Origin: Alphaproteobacteria bacterium | GTDB taxonomy: Bacteria; Pseudomonadota; Alphaproteobacteria; MPNO01; UBA830 | DNA: 64,000 nt | Direction of reading: 5' to 3' | NCBI GenBank assembly: GCA_964291215.2 | Contig: OZ219791.1 | Span: 2,688,001-2,752,000 of the forward strand | Shown here: piece after piece, positions 21,857 to 32,455 of the stretch | How the letters are laid out: each line of letters opens with the position of its first letter | Numbering within the stretch: the first letter of the stretch is position 1 | The notes under the pieces: model-generated | Told to the model about the DNA's origin: nothing | The model's input: only the letters and a program-made list of their open reading frames with translations | Database searches by the model: none | Program-made: the position numbers and the translations under genes

Positions 21857-22578
21857 GTCGTTTTCCTTTCGGTTTTCACGTTCGGGGCCGATCCCCGCTG
21901 TGATGTCCTGTTGGGTCACGCGCGCGAACCGCAGCCACCGGGGCCGGAATAAATTGCCTGGCGGGATGCGCGAGTGGTGCGGGCGCACAAGCGAGCGTGA
22001 GCGAGCGCGGAGCCACGGTCGCGCATGGCGCCAGGCGCTTGCGCCGTTTCATTCCGAGTCCCGGCCGGAACGGAGCGCCAGCGGAGTGGAGGACCCCGCC
22101 TCCGGCGGGATTGGCGGAGGGAGCCCGTGTGGCACAATGGGACAGCACAGCACTCGGCCAATTCTCTCCACCAGCACGGACCCCATCGGCGGTTCGGCCG
22201 GCACGGCGCCGGAGCGGGAGGCGCCGTTGCCCGCCCTTGCGTCAACCCCACAGGGGATGGGAGAGGACCAGGCGCTCGGCGACCTCGCGGGCGCGGTCGT
22301 GGAGATACACCGGCCCGCGCGGGTCCTCGTCGAGATGTATGGCGAACACCCTGCGCCCCGGCCGGATGCTGTCGTCGAAGGCGTGGATGTCGCCGACATG
22401 GTCGCCGTCCCGGTAGATGCGGGATGCGGCGGAAGGCGATGTTGCTCATCGGGCTCTACGGGTCGCGTGATGGGCGCGCGAGCGGCCTCCCTCTCCTCCT
22501 CGCGCGGTTCACCCGCTTTCCAGCCTCGCTCCCACTCCCGTATGCGCCACGGCGAGACTCCAACCTGCCTGCATAGGA

Positions 22579-22609
22579 AAAGGGCCGACGCGTGAGGCGC
22601 CGGCCCTTT
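22579..22609 (-). terminator. Rho-independent terminator-like hairpin
   Basis: AAAGGGCCG...CGGCCCTTT stem just downstream of the ...DGDRIPF* remnant. Confidence 0.55.
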
Positions 22610-22633
22610 CGGGAGGGACAAGAGCGGACGGCG

Positions 22634-22690
22634 TCAGAAGGGAATGCGGTCCCCGTCCATCGGATCGGCGGCGGGCCGTCCGGCGAGGCG
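22634..22690 (-). pseudogene. SSB-like acidic C-terminal tip remnant
   Basis: Minus frame AADPMDGDRIPF* resembles the DDIPF tail; the rest of the gene is not recognisable. Confidence 0.35.
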
Positions 22691-22695
22691 GGCGG

Positions 22696-23016
22696 TTAGC
22701 CGCGCTGGCGGCGGTCGATGCCGAAGCCCATGGCGTGGACGCCCCAGTACTGCACCCCGCCGCGGGAGCGCAGGCCGGTGCACACGATGATCTCGTTGCG
22801 CGCCGGGCGCATCTTCTTCACCGCCTTCAGCGTGGCGGTGGCCGGCTTCGCGCCGCGCCGGGCGCCCTTCGGGGCGGTGTTGTCATGGCAGCGGCGTATG
22901 TCGCCGTCCTTCAGGCCGCCGTTGCAGAAGTGGATGAGGAAGGTGTATCCGTGTTGCCGGGCCTCGAGATTGCGGATGTCATGGGGTGCGCCTCCGTCGT
23001 GTCGGGACTTCAGGGC
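22696..23016 (-). pseudogene. Hypothetical ORF 3' half truncated by the adjacent IS
   Basis: Startless open frame LKSRHDGG...YTFLIHFCNGG...QYWGVHAMGFGIDRRQRG* with coding-like GC3. Confidence 0.35.
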
Positions 23017-24324
23017 CAGGGTGATCTTACGCTAAATTCTGTTTGATTTTTCAAGGCAGTACCTGGGTTTTGCGGGGGCGCGGGTTGGTGCGGAAGATTT
23101 TTTACAGTTTTCGCTGGCTTTCCTGCACTGGAGTGTCATGGTGCGGGGATGTCGGTTCACAAGCATGTCGCGTCCTGTCCGATTCACGTCGCAGCTCCGG
23201 AAGGGTCTGTCCGAGGTCGAGGTTCGCGAAGCCTGAGGAGCATCCGCTGCGGGATGCGTTGATGGACGACTATCTCGGGTTTCGCCGTCTGGCGGGGCTG
23301 CGCCATATTGCGTTCTTCAGGGGGCAGTGGTCTGGCCGGGGCCTTCAAAGTGCCGCGACCGGTGGCTGGAAGCCGGAGCAGCAGTGGCTTGATCTGATTG
23401 CGAACAACACGCGACTGCTTGCGGCGCCGGGAACGTTTCCGAACCTCGCCTTGTTCTTTCTTGCGACGCGGTGGCTGGCCGACGACTGGGCCTGCGGCCA
23501 CCAGGTGGTTGTGGCGGAGACGTTCTGCGATCCGGAGCGTTTTGCGGGCACAAGGCGGCGGGCTGGCGTGCCAGGGGGTTTGCCCGCGCCAACGGGCGCT
23601 GCACCAATGTTCGCGGCAAGGTGATCACCCTCGACGCGCTGCACACGACGCCGGCGACGCTGATCACCCGGCGCCGCGGCGCAGACCACGTCTTCCCGGT
23701 CAAGCGCAATGCGTCCGAAACCTTTGACATCCTCGACGGCATCGACCAGGAGACGGATGCCAGCGGCCGCTTCAAGCAGGAGTTCGACAAGGCCCGCGGA
23801 CGCCTCGAGCAGCGCTCGAGGCGTGTCCTGACGCCGCTCGAGGGCCTGATCAACTACCCCGGCAGAAGGAGCGCCAGCGGCGCAGCGAGCGGCAACGACT
23901 GCACCGGTACATCATCACCTCGCTCGATGCGCAACACGCGTCGCCAGAGGAACTGCTGCGGCCGCGGGCCGTGAAAAACATGAACCACCGAGACTGCGTC
24001 TTCGGCGAGGACGCCTGCCTGACCCGCAAACCGCGCCAGCCTCGACAACATCGCGCTCGCGGTGATCTTCGCCAACCGACGCGAGAGCCTCGCCGAAACA
24101 CGGCTGCGGCTCGACCGCCGGGAAGCCGTCGCAGCCCTGAGCGCCAATGGTGTCCGGCCGATTCCCGGACGCCGCCCACAACCCGCCCACATCCCGAAAA
24201 CAACCCGCCGATAACGCCGCCGGCGACGACCGCGGACGGCCCCGAAGCCAGAAAACCCGGCACGCCGTGAAACCTCCGGACAACAGAAGACAACAAAAAT
24301 TGAATGCAGCGTGGGAAACACCTG
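23017..24324 (+). mobile_element. ISAs1-family element with DUF4338 module, copy A, degenerate
   Basis: Imperfect ends CAGGGTGATCTTACGCT / CAGGTGTTTCCCACGCT; fragments IANNTRLL, AETFCDPERFAGT, GKVITLDALHT, VKRN, NH..DCVFGED; homologous to 46303-49260. Confidence 0.75.
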
Positions 24325-24429
24325 GCCGTGCATCGGCCCGGACCCCGTTGCCGTGCGTGACCTTTCGAGTTGCTCTATCATGACACGCATTGTGGAGTTC
24401 CGGCCTTGCCGGTTTGGGAGAACGGGAAA

Positions 24430-25182
24430 ATGGATCTTGGACTGACCGGCAGGACGGTCTGGGTAACCGGCGCCACCGGCGCAATCGGCCGCGAGATATC
24501 GCTTTGCCTAGCGCGGGAAGGCGCGCTCGTGGCGGTATCGGCGCGCACCGAAACGGCCTTGAACGCCCTCGCAGCTGATATCGAACGCACGGGCGGCAAG
24601 GCTTGCGCCATGCCTCTTGACGTCACCGATAGCGCTGCCGTCAGCTCGGCGGCGCAGCGGATCGTCGACCTGACGGGCCGGCTGGACATTCTGGCGAGCA
24701 CGGTTGCGGTGCCGGCCTTCGGCCCGTTTCTCGAGATTGACGGTGACGTGTTCCGCGCGGCTCTTGAGGTCAAGTATCTCGGCTACATCAACGCCCTGCA
24801 GGCAGCGTTGCCCCACATGCTGGCGGTCGGAAGTGGTGCTATCGTTGCCGTGACCGGGACCGGCGGCAAGCAGCCGATTGGCATTCATCTTCCCGGCGGC
24901 AGCGTCAACGCAGCGCTCAATCTCGTACTCAAGGGGCTTGCCAGCGAATTCGGCCCCAAGGGCATCCGCGTAAACGCGGTATCGCCCGGCCCGGTCATGT
25001 CCGAGCGCCAACAGCAGATGATTGATGCCGGCATGAGCAATCCGGCAGAGGACATTCCGCTTGGGCGGCTCGCGGAAGCGGCAGAGGTGGCCGATGCCGT
25101 TGCCTTCCTCGCAAGCGATCGGGCCGCGTACGTCACGGGACAGGTGCTCTCGCTCGACGGGGGTGGAATCCGGGCGCTTTAG
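24430..25182 (+). CDS. SDR family oxidoreductase
   Basis: MDLGLTGR..VTGATGAIG, VNAVSPGPV, IPLGR, YVTGQVLSLDGG; catalytic YxxxK is replaced (GSVNAAL), as in atypical SDRs. Confidence 0.85.
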   Translation: MDLGLTGRTVWVTGATGAIGREISLCLAREGALVAVSARTETALNALAADIERTGGKACAMPLDVTDSAAVSSAAQRIVDLTGRLDILASTVAVPAFGPFLEIDGDVFRAALEVKYLGYINALQAALPHMLAVGSGAIVAVTGTGGKQPIGIHLPGGSVNAALNLVLKGLASEFGPKGIRVNAVSPGPVMSERQQQMIDAGMSNPAEDIPLGRLAEAAEVADAVAFLASDRAAYVTGQVLSLDGGGIRAL

Positions 25183-25194
25183 CCTCGCTCCGGC

Positions 25195-26271
25195 TCAGGA
25201 CTTCCGTTCCCGTGATGTTGCCCCGAGACCTTTCCGCACGCGTTCCATGTTTGCGGGATCGAAATAGTCCTTGAACCGTCTTTCGAGAGCTTCCCTGTGG
25301 CCCGATTGCCTCAGGGCCGCCGACCAGGACGAATCGCCCGTCGATTCGGTGCGCCATCTGGCGAACCACGTCATCGTGCGCAGCCACGTGAGGCGTCGCA
25401 TCGGGCCGATCCAGGGCCGGATGCGGTCTCCGAGTTCTGCGGGCAGCGCATCGAAATAGGCATCGTGGAACAGCGCCGTCTGTTGCGCCGTCAGCGCCGT
25501 CGCGATGTCGGGATCCCACATCGTCGACGTATAAATGGTGGCATGGGCGAGATCGATGGCCGGCGAACCGTAGAGCATCTTCTCCAGGTCGAGAAAGATG
25601 GCCCGGCCCCTGCGGTCGACGAGGAAATTTCCGGGATGGGTGTCGGTGCCTACGAGCGTGACCGGATGCTTCGGCTCGGCCCGGACATCGGACAACGCGC
25701 GGCTGATTTCCTCGTCGAGCTGGCGCCGGGATTCCGGGTCGAGTCCGGCTTCGTCGAGGAACCGGGCCTGCGCGGTGATCACTTCCAGAGTGGCCCGGAC
25801 AGGATCGCGGTGCACGAGGAGGGGCGGCGTCTGCTCCGGTATCGGCAGGGAATGCACGGCGGCCAGCGATTGCGCAATCAGCGGCAGATCATCCGGAAGT
25901 TCCGGCGTGCTGCCGGTGATCCGGTCCACGATCAGCGCCCCCCAGGGGATACCCGCCTGGGGAACCAGTTCGCCGTGCAGCTTCGGAACGATGTTGCTGG
26001 GACCTGCCCGGGCAAAGCAGGCGGACTGGTAGGCGAGGTTCTCGCCCGGGGCGAATCTGAATGCGCTGAGCCGCGGGAGCCGGAGGAGCATTCCGCTGCC
26101 CTCGACCCGGATATGCGCGTGGTTGAGCCCCTTGGAGGCGAGCGGGACGAGGCAGTCCGGGTGGATGCTCTCCAGGGTGCTGAAGCGGGAGAATTCCCGG
26201 AACAGGATGTCGAGATCGGCGCCGCCGGTGATCCATGCAGTCTCGTCGGCAGGCGCTGAAGCCTCGTTCAT
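25195..26271 (-). CDS. Aminoglycoside phosphotransferase (APH)/choline kinase-like protein
   Basis: KGLNH.H, LLRLP, LA.VH, Brenner-like GTDTHPGNFL, FLDLEK, AIDLAH. Confidence 0.75.
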   Translation of the reverse strand: MNEASAPADETAWITGGADLDILFREFSRFSTLESIHPDCLVPLASKGLNHAHIRVEGSGMLLRLPRLSAFRFAPGENLAYQSACFARAGPSNIVPKLHGELVPQAGIPWGALIVDRITGSTPELPDDLPLIAQSLAAVHSLPIPEQTPPLLVHRDPVRATLEVITAQARFLDEAGLDPESRRQLDEEISRALSDVRAEPKHPVTLVGTDTHPGNFLVDRRGRAIFLDLEKMLYGSPAIDLAHATIYTSTMWDPDIATALTAQQTALFHDAYFDALPAELGDRIRPWIGPMRRLTWLRTMTWFARWRTESTGDSSWSAALRQSGHREALERRFKDYFDPANMERVRKGLGATSRERKS

Positions 26272-26497
26272 GTCCGATCGCCGTCCGAAGGGCGGCAGGG
26301 TGCCGCAGCGTGAGGGCGGTCCCCCGGCCCATTGTGCAGGCTGCGGGCCGCATCCGCAGTGTCGCGAGGACATACCAGACCGTTATCGGGCCGGCAACGG
26401 CGTCCTGCAATCCGCGGCGGGCCGATGCCGATTTGTTGCCGCGGCTGTTTCGTGTTAGCAGTTTGGCAGCAAAGCAAGGAGAACACGGGAGAACGAC

Positions 26498-27580
26498 ATG
26501 GGACGGAAACTCTCCAGAACGAACGTGCTGACGTCGGCGACGCTGGCCCTGTGCCTCGGATCCTCGGCGGTCATCGCGGCGCCGAAGACGATCAGCCTGA
26601 CGGCGGTCGACGGCTATCCGCCAAAGGCGCTGCAGGTGCGGACATTCCTCAGCTACTTCATTCCCGAGGTGGACAAGCGCCTGGCCAAGTCGGGTCAATA
26701 CAAGATCAACTGGAACAAGGCGTTCGCCGGCCAGATCGTCAAGGTCAGGCACGTGATGACTGGCATGCAGAAGGGGCTCGGCGACATCGGCGTCGTTACC
26801 AGCGTCTTCCACCAGGACAAGGTGCCGATGCAGGCCGTCGCCTATGTCACGCCGTTCGTCACCTCGGATCCCGTTCTGCTGTCGCGCACCGTCGACGAGC
26901 TGTCGGGCAAGTTTCCGGCGATGAAGGAGGCCTGGGGCAAGTACAGCCAGGTCCTGCTGACCAGCTTCTCGGTCATCGATACCTACCAGATGTTCTTCCG
27001 CGAAAAGATCACCAAGCTTGAGGAGTTCAAGGGCCTCAAGATCGCCGGTGCGGGGATCAACATGCGCTACCTGACGGGTACCGGTGCAACCCCGGTGATC
27101 GGATCCATGGTCCACTACTACAACAAGTTCAAGACCGGGGCGATCGACGGATCCATGCTGTGGACCGACGCAGCGGTGGCCTTCAAGCTCGTCGAGGGTG
27201 CGAAGTTCATGCTCAAGGCCGATATCGGTACGGCCAACTCAAAGGCGCTGACCATGAACGCCGCGTCCTACAAGCGTCTGCCCAAGGCTGTGCAGGACGT
27301 CATCCACGAGGTCTCTGCCGCCTATCGCGATCACACTGCCGCGCAGGCCCTGGCCGACGCGGACAAGGCCTACCAGAACTTCAAGAATAAGGGCGGCACC
27401 ATCATCCAGATGTCGCAGGCGGCGCGCGCGAACTGGGCGAGCACCATGCCCAATATCGCCAAGGACTGGGCTGCCCAGCTCGATGCGAAGGGGTTGCCGG
27501 GAACCGGGCTCCTGAAGGGCTATATGGACAGCATGCGGGCGGCCAACCAGCCCATCATCCGTCACTGGGACAAGGAGTAA
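26498..27580 (+). CDS. dctP: TRAP transporter substrate-binding protein (DctP family)
   Basis: Signal peptide, GLGDIG, FKGLKI, Y..F.TGAIDG, LPKAVQDVI; followed by DctQ/DctM-like genes. Confidence 0.9.
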   Translation: MGRKLSRTNVLTSATLALCLGSSAVIAAPKTISLTAVDGYPPKALQVRTFLSYFIPEVDKRLAKSGQYKINWNKAFAGQIVKVRHVMTGMQKGLGDIGVVTSVFHQDKVPMQAVAYVTPFVTSDPVLLSRTVDELSGKFPAMKEAWGKYSQVLLTSFSVIDTYQMFFREKITKLEEFKGLKIAGAGINMRYLTGTGATPVIGSMVHYYNKFKTGAIDGSMLWTDAAVAFKLVEGAKFMLKADIGTANSKALTMNAASYKRLPKAVQDVIHEVSAAYRDHTAAQALADADKAYQNFKNKGGTIIQMSQAARANWASTMPNIAKDWAAQLDAKGLPGTGLLKGYMDSMRAANQPIIRHWDKE

Positions 27581-27584
27581 CGGC

Positions 27585-28133
27585 TTGACCCTCGGCGGGC
27601 GCAGTGCGGCGCGGCACTCGTCCGCGCCGCGCCGTCTTTTCATGTCCCTTGTCGGCGGCATGAATGCCGCCGGATCCTGCTGGATCGTGGTGCTCATGCT
27701 GCTCATCAACGCCGAGGCAATCAGCCGTTCGGCGTTCAACGCGCCGATCATCGGCGTCATCGAGATGATCGAGATCTCGATCATTGGCATCGTCTTCATG
27801 CAGCTCGCCGATTCCCTCCGCCAGGGCGTGCTCACGCGCTCCGACGGGCTGTTCAACCAGGTCATGCGGCGCAAGCCGGTGGCCGGTCGGGTCATGGCTG
27901 TTGCGACCTGCGCCTTCGGCGCGGTCTTCATGATCCTGATCACCTGGGGCAGCATCCCCTTCTTTATCGAATCCTGGGACAACGACTACTATATCGGCGT
28001 CGACGGCATGTTCACCGCCCCGGTGTGGCCGGTCGCGCTGATCATCGTCTTCGCGGTCATCGTCACCATGATCCAGTTCCTGGTCATGCTTATGGACAAT
28101 CTTGTCGCCCTTGCCGGCCGGGATCGGGGCTGA
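27585..28133 (+). CDS. dctQ: TRAP transporter small permease (DctQ)
   Basis: Four hydrophobic segments, R..FNAPIIGVIE, PVWP; start codon uncertain. Confidence 0.85.
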   Translation: MTLGGRSAARHSSAPRRLFMSLVGGMNAAGSCWIVVLMLLINAEAISRSAFNAPIIGVIEMIEISIIGIVFMQLADSLRQGVLTRSDGLFNQVMRRKPVAGRVMAVATCAFGAVFMILITWGSIPFFIESWDNDYYIGVDGMFTAPVWPVALIIVFAVIVTMIQFLVMLMDNLVALAGRDRG

Positions 28134-28139
28134 CCGGCA

Positions 28140-29456
28140 ATGGCGGGCGTCGAGGTCGGCATCGCGTCAGTCCTGGTCATCCTGGTTCTTATCTACACCG
28201 GTATTCACGTTGCCGTCGCGCTCGGCCTGGTGTCGTTCGTCGGCGTATGGATTTACCGGGATTCGATTGATGTCGCGATCAGCCTCCTGACCGCGGCTAC
28301 CCATGACACCATCGCCCACGCCGTTTTCGCGAACATTCCACTGTTTGCCCTGATGGGCATTGTCTCGAGCGAGATCGGCCTCGGCAGCGACGTCTACAGG
28401 GTCGCCGACCAGATCTTCCGCCGGGTGCGCGGCGGGCTCGGCATGGCGACCGTTGCGGCCAATGCACTGTTCGCCTCGATCACCGGATCGTCGATCGCGT
28501 CGGCGTCGGTGTTTACCCGCATTGCCGTCCCCGAGATGCGGCGTTTCGGCTACACGCGCCAGTTCTCGGTCGGGGTGGTGGCCGGCAGCTCCGTGCTCGG
28601 CATGCTCATCCCGCCGTCGTCGATGCTGATCATCTACGCTATCGTCGCCGAGCAGTCGGTCGGGCACATGTTCATTGCCGGCTTCATCCCCGGCGTGCTG
28701 CTCGCGGCAGCCTTCATCCTCGGCATCTTCCTGATGACGCGCCTCACGCCGAACTTCATCGGCGGCAACGATCCGGCGGTGATCGCGTCAGAGACCCCGG
28801 ATTTCGGCGTATGGGACATCGCTCGCCTTCTGCTTCCGGTGCTGTTTCTCGTTGTTCTCGTTCTCGGCGGAATCTATACGGGATGGTTTTCTCCAGAGGA
28901 AGCGGGCGCTGCCGGCTCGGCCGGTGCACTTGCGATTGGCGTCCTCAAGCGGCGCCTCACATGGCACGGGTTCTGGCGTATCCTCGTCGAGACCGGCCAG
29001 ATCACGGCCGCCATCCTCTTCCTTATCATCTCGGCGTCGATGTACAGTCGGATGCTGGGCGTCGCCGCGCTTCCGACGCTGTTCAGCGACTGGCTGGCGA
29101 GCATGAATTTCGGGATGGCGGAGCTGATGGTCATCTATGTCGTGCTGATGGTCCTTCTCGGCACGATCATCGAGACCGCCTCGATCATCCTCATCGTCGT
29201 GCCGCTGTTTCTCAGCTCGGTCGAAGCGCTCGGCGGAAACATCGTGTGGTTCGGCATCGTCACCGTGATCGGTGCCGAGATCGGCTTGCTCACGCCGCCG
29301 CTCGGCATCTCGTGCTTCACGATCAAGAGCACGATCCGTGACCAGTCGATCACGCTCGCCCACATATTCACCGGCGCGTTCCCATTCGCCTTCGTGATGC
29401 TGCTGGTGCTGATCCTGATCATCGCCTTTCCGCCGCTGAGCCTCGCCCTCCTGTAG
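28140..29456 (+). CDS. dctM: TRAP transporter large permease (DctM)
   Basis: IPLFALMG, GSSIASAS, LGMLIPPS, EIGLLTPPLG motifs. Confidence 0.92.
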   Translation: MAGVEVGIASVLVILVLIYTGIHVAVALGLVSFVGVWIYRDSIDVAISLLTAATHDTIAHAVFANIPLFALMGIVSSEIGLGSDVYRVADQIFRRVRGGLGMATVAANALFASITGSSIASASVFTRIAVPEMRRFGYTRQFSVGVVAGSSVLGMLIPPSSMLIIYAIVAEQSVGHMFIAGFIPGVLLAAAFILGIFLMTRLTPNFIGGNDPAVIASETPDFGVWDIARLLLPVLFLVVLVLGGIYTGWFSPEEAGAAGSAGALAIGVLKRRLTWHGFWRILVETGQITAAILFLIISASMYSRMLGVAALPTLFSDWLASMNFGMAELMVIYVVLMVLLGTIIETASIILIVVPLFLSSVEALGGNIVWFGIVTVIGAEIGLLTPPLGISCFTIKSTIRDQSITLAHIFTGAFPFAFVMLLVLILIIAFPPLSLALL

Positions 29457-29622
29457 GGCAGCGGGTCTTTCAACTTGACACTATTAAAATCCGTTGAATT
29501 CTGCATATCGTGTTCCCGCATTTTTCTGTGATGCTCGACGAAGTAGAGGAGGAGTTGGTGTCCTTGCCAGAGTTTCTCGGTTTCTGGCAGGGGTTGGCGC
29601 TTTCTGGGGATGAAGCCTGCCA

Positions 29623-31797
29623 GTAAACGTTCGTTCGTGCGGTGAGGTGTTGTTGTTTTCGTCCGTTTGATCGGCTTTTGTCAGGGAGTTCCAGCGTCAT
29701 CCGGAGCGGTTTCGTGCACCGGGATGCGCGGTGAGGGGCACTGGCGCCATGCGGTGTTTCCCGCATCGGTTGCGGTTTTGTCCCGGTGCTGCGGAGGAGG
29801 AGCTGAGCGCCATCCCGTGCCGGTTGCAGGGTTCTGAGGGTCCGCTCCTTGCGGGGCGGGCCAGATGTCCTTCTTCGGCTTCTGTCATGTCGGTCGTGGC
29901 GGCCGCAGGTTGTTCCGACGCGGATCCGGCAGACGCCGCGGCGCGGGACCAGGATCTCGCAGGGCACGGGCGTGGTGTTGCAGCGCGCGGTCCATGCGGC
30001 GGTCGAGAAGCAGCGGCTCGCCGCATGGTAGCGCATCTGCGGCGCCGCCAGGCGCGTGTATCCGAGGTCGTGTCAGCGGGCGGGGCTCGTCGAGGGTCTT
30101 AGGGGCGGCGGTGTGATTAGCTTCGGGGGCTGGCGGCGGCAGAAGGCGCGGGCGATGGGGTCCGCTCCGTGATCGTCGCAGCACTGCGCGACCATGAAGT
30201 CGCGCCCTCGACCTCACGGCGGCGCTGCGAATCTCCGCCGCCTCTCCGGGCTCACGGCAACCAGGGCGACAGATCGCCGGGCCGCCGTTCTCCGCGCAGG
30301 CGCCAGCGCAGAACGTCGAGGCCGCTCCTCGCGACCGTGCCGTGTACATGACAGCCGTCCATGCTGTCGGAACCGAAGCCGGGCTTCCGCCCGGGCCCCT
30401 GACAGCCCTTTCCCCGAAATTGTTGTCCATGGTCGACAAACACGCGATGGTTGAGCGCAGCGGCCTGCCTTCCGGCGCCGCTTTCGGAAGCCTCGGCGCT
30501 TCCGCAAACAGCGACCGCAGTCTCCAGCGCCGCCTGCGCGGCCTCGAACGCCGCCGGAAGCAAGGCAGTCGAGCCGTGTTCAGGCGGCAGATCTCCGCGA
30601 TCGATCCATTCCCACCCCTCCAGCTGCGGCCGGCGCAGTCCGGAAAGTCGCGCCGACAATGCGCCCGACAACAGCACAGGATGATGAAGGGCCACAGGCG
30701 CGCCAGCTTCTTGCAGGCGCCGCAGCGGTCGCAGACATGGGGGCCGTCCGCGAACAGCTTCGCCGCGACCTCGGCGCTGCGCGAGGGAGAGAACCGCGTC
30801 ACGGCTGACCGATGTCTGGAGCCAGGCGCGACTTCCGGACCTCCCTCGGGGCCTGGATGCATCGGCATGGCGCAAACCCCGGTGCGCGAGGATCGCGTCC
30901 CGAAGCGGCTCGAACAGGGGCACAGCATCTGGCTCGCTGGCCAGCGTTCCCGGCGAAAGCCCCTGGACGCGGCGCGCATGCACGCGCTCGTGCAGCACAT
31001 GCGTCCACACCCGAAGGCGGTGCCGGGAAACAGCCGCCACCGGTGAACCGGGGCAGTCACAGCCCCGGCGGACAATCCGCCGCTTTTGATCTCGATGATC
31101 CTGGTGCGAACCGTTGGCAACGCAGCACGAGCAGGCGTCCTCCGCCACCTCCAGCCGCCCTCCACCTCCTCGAGCGCCGGCGGCGGCCAGGAGTGCCGTG
31201 CTGCTGGCCGCGCTTCGATGACGCCCGCTGCCTCTTCTCGCTTTTGCGCCTGTACGACCTGTTCGAACGAAGCTTGTCGTTCTCCGCCCCGACCCTTCAG
31301 AACCCTCATCGCGGTCTTCAGGCTGGCATTCTCCATGCGCAGCGACACCACCGTCGACCGCTTCCGCGCGCCGGCCTCGGCAAGAAGCTGGCCCGGACGC
31401 GCAACCTCCTGCTTCAGCGCAAGAGACTGCTTCGCCGTCCGCCGAATTTCCCTGACCTCCGCACGGGCAGCTGCCAGCTTCTCGCGGTTGCTCTCGAAAA
31501 TCGCCTTCAGGGAATTCGCGCGGCCCCTCCACTTCCTGCAAGCGCAGCTCCTCACAGCGCCCCTCCGCCGCCTCGGCTCGAATACGCTTGCGATCGTACA
31601 GGGACTTCCAGGTGGCCGAATCACGACACGACGACTGCGGCATGTCGCCAGCGGCGTCCGCACCCGATGATGACACGAAATCCTCGATGCACATGACCAT
31701 CTGATGGCACCGCCAAAAAAATTCACCAGCCCCCTTCTCCGAATCACCAAAACAAACCTCGGCGCAGATCGTCATCACCGCATGAACAAACGCTTAC
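29623..31797 (-). mobile_element. IS66-family element, degenerate (distinct from the 14730/46333 element)
   Basis: TIRs GTAAACGTTCGTTCGTGCGGTGA / GTAAGCGTTTGTTCATGCGGTGA; fragments VCDR..ACKKL, CRAHCRRDF, MDNNFGERAVRGP; no TSD found. Confidence 0.8.
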
Positions 31798-31872
31798 GGC
31801 GAAGATATACCCCTGCAATGGCGGTGGGATTTTGTTTTTTCTGTCACTTATTCCCTGTTCCGGCAGTCGATC

Positions 31873-32095
31873 ATGAGCCAGGTCCGCAAGAACGCCGCGA
31901 GCCAGAGGTGGCAGTATGCTTCCGTTGACTTTGAGAGCCGGCAGGTTGCAGAGGAACCCAAGCGGAGATGGAATGAGCGGCTGACCGCGGTCCGGGACAT
32001 CGAGGCGACATTGTCGCGGTTGCGCGATCAGGAGGAACGCCAGGGGATGTCGACGGACGAGCGGGAGGCATGCCTGGCACTGGGCGCGAACCTGG
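31873..32095 (+). pseudogene. Large serine recombinase-like C-terminal fragment
   Basis: QYASVD.E.RQVAEE..RRWNE.L resembles the RQY..VDP.NRLVA..LE.RWN coiled-coil motif. Confidence 0.45.
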
Positions 32096-32208
32096 TGGAT
32101 CGTCGTGCGGTTGATCCCGAAACGCCGCGCCAACTCCGACTGCGAGACGCCCTGGTCGAGATAGTGCTCCAGTAACATTCTGGTCTCCCATCCGTACATC
32201 GGTGCCAC
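32090..32208 (-). mobile_element. IS21 IstA N-terminal HTH fragment
   Basis: MYGWETRMLLEHYLDQGVSQSELARRFGINRTTIH. Confidence 0.55.
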
Positions 32209-32339
32209 ATTCCTGCGGTGGTGATTTCGCCACCACCGCGGGCCACGTGCGCCGGAAGCGACAGGCCAAAACTGTCGAATTTGCGATTGCCGCTAACACC
32301 GATGGTTTGAGCGCCGGTGCACCCTGGGGAGGCTCACCG

Positions 32340-32437
32340 ATGACGAACATCGCGATCCGCAATCTCGACGACGACGTGAAGACGCGCCTGCGCGTGCGCA
32401 CCGCCGGGCATCACCGGTCGGTGGAGGAAGAGGTGCT
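32340..32437 (+). pseudogene. Truncated FitA-like antitoxin remnant
   Basis: MTNIAIRNLDDDVKTRLRVRTAGHHRSVEEEV, paralogous to 18713-18955; no toxin follows. Confidence 0.7.
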
Positions 32438-32455
32438 GGCAGGGCGCGGGCGAAG

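Noticed and set aside
25195-26271. Aminoglycoside resistance gene
   Set aside because: Only fold-level APH similarity; the context suggests metabolism.
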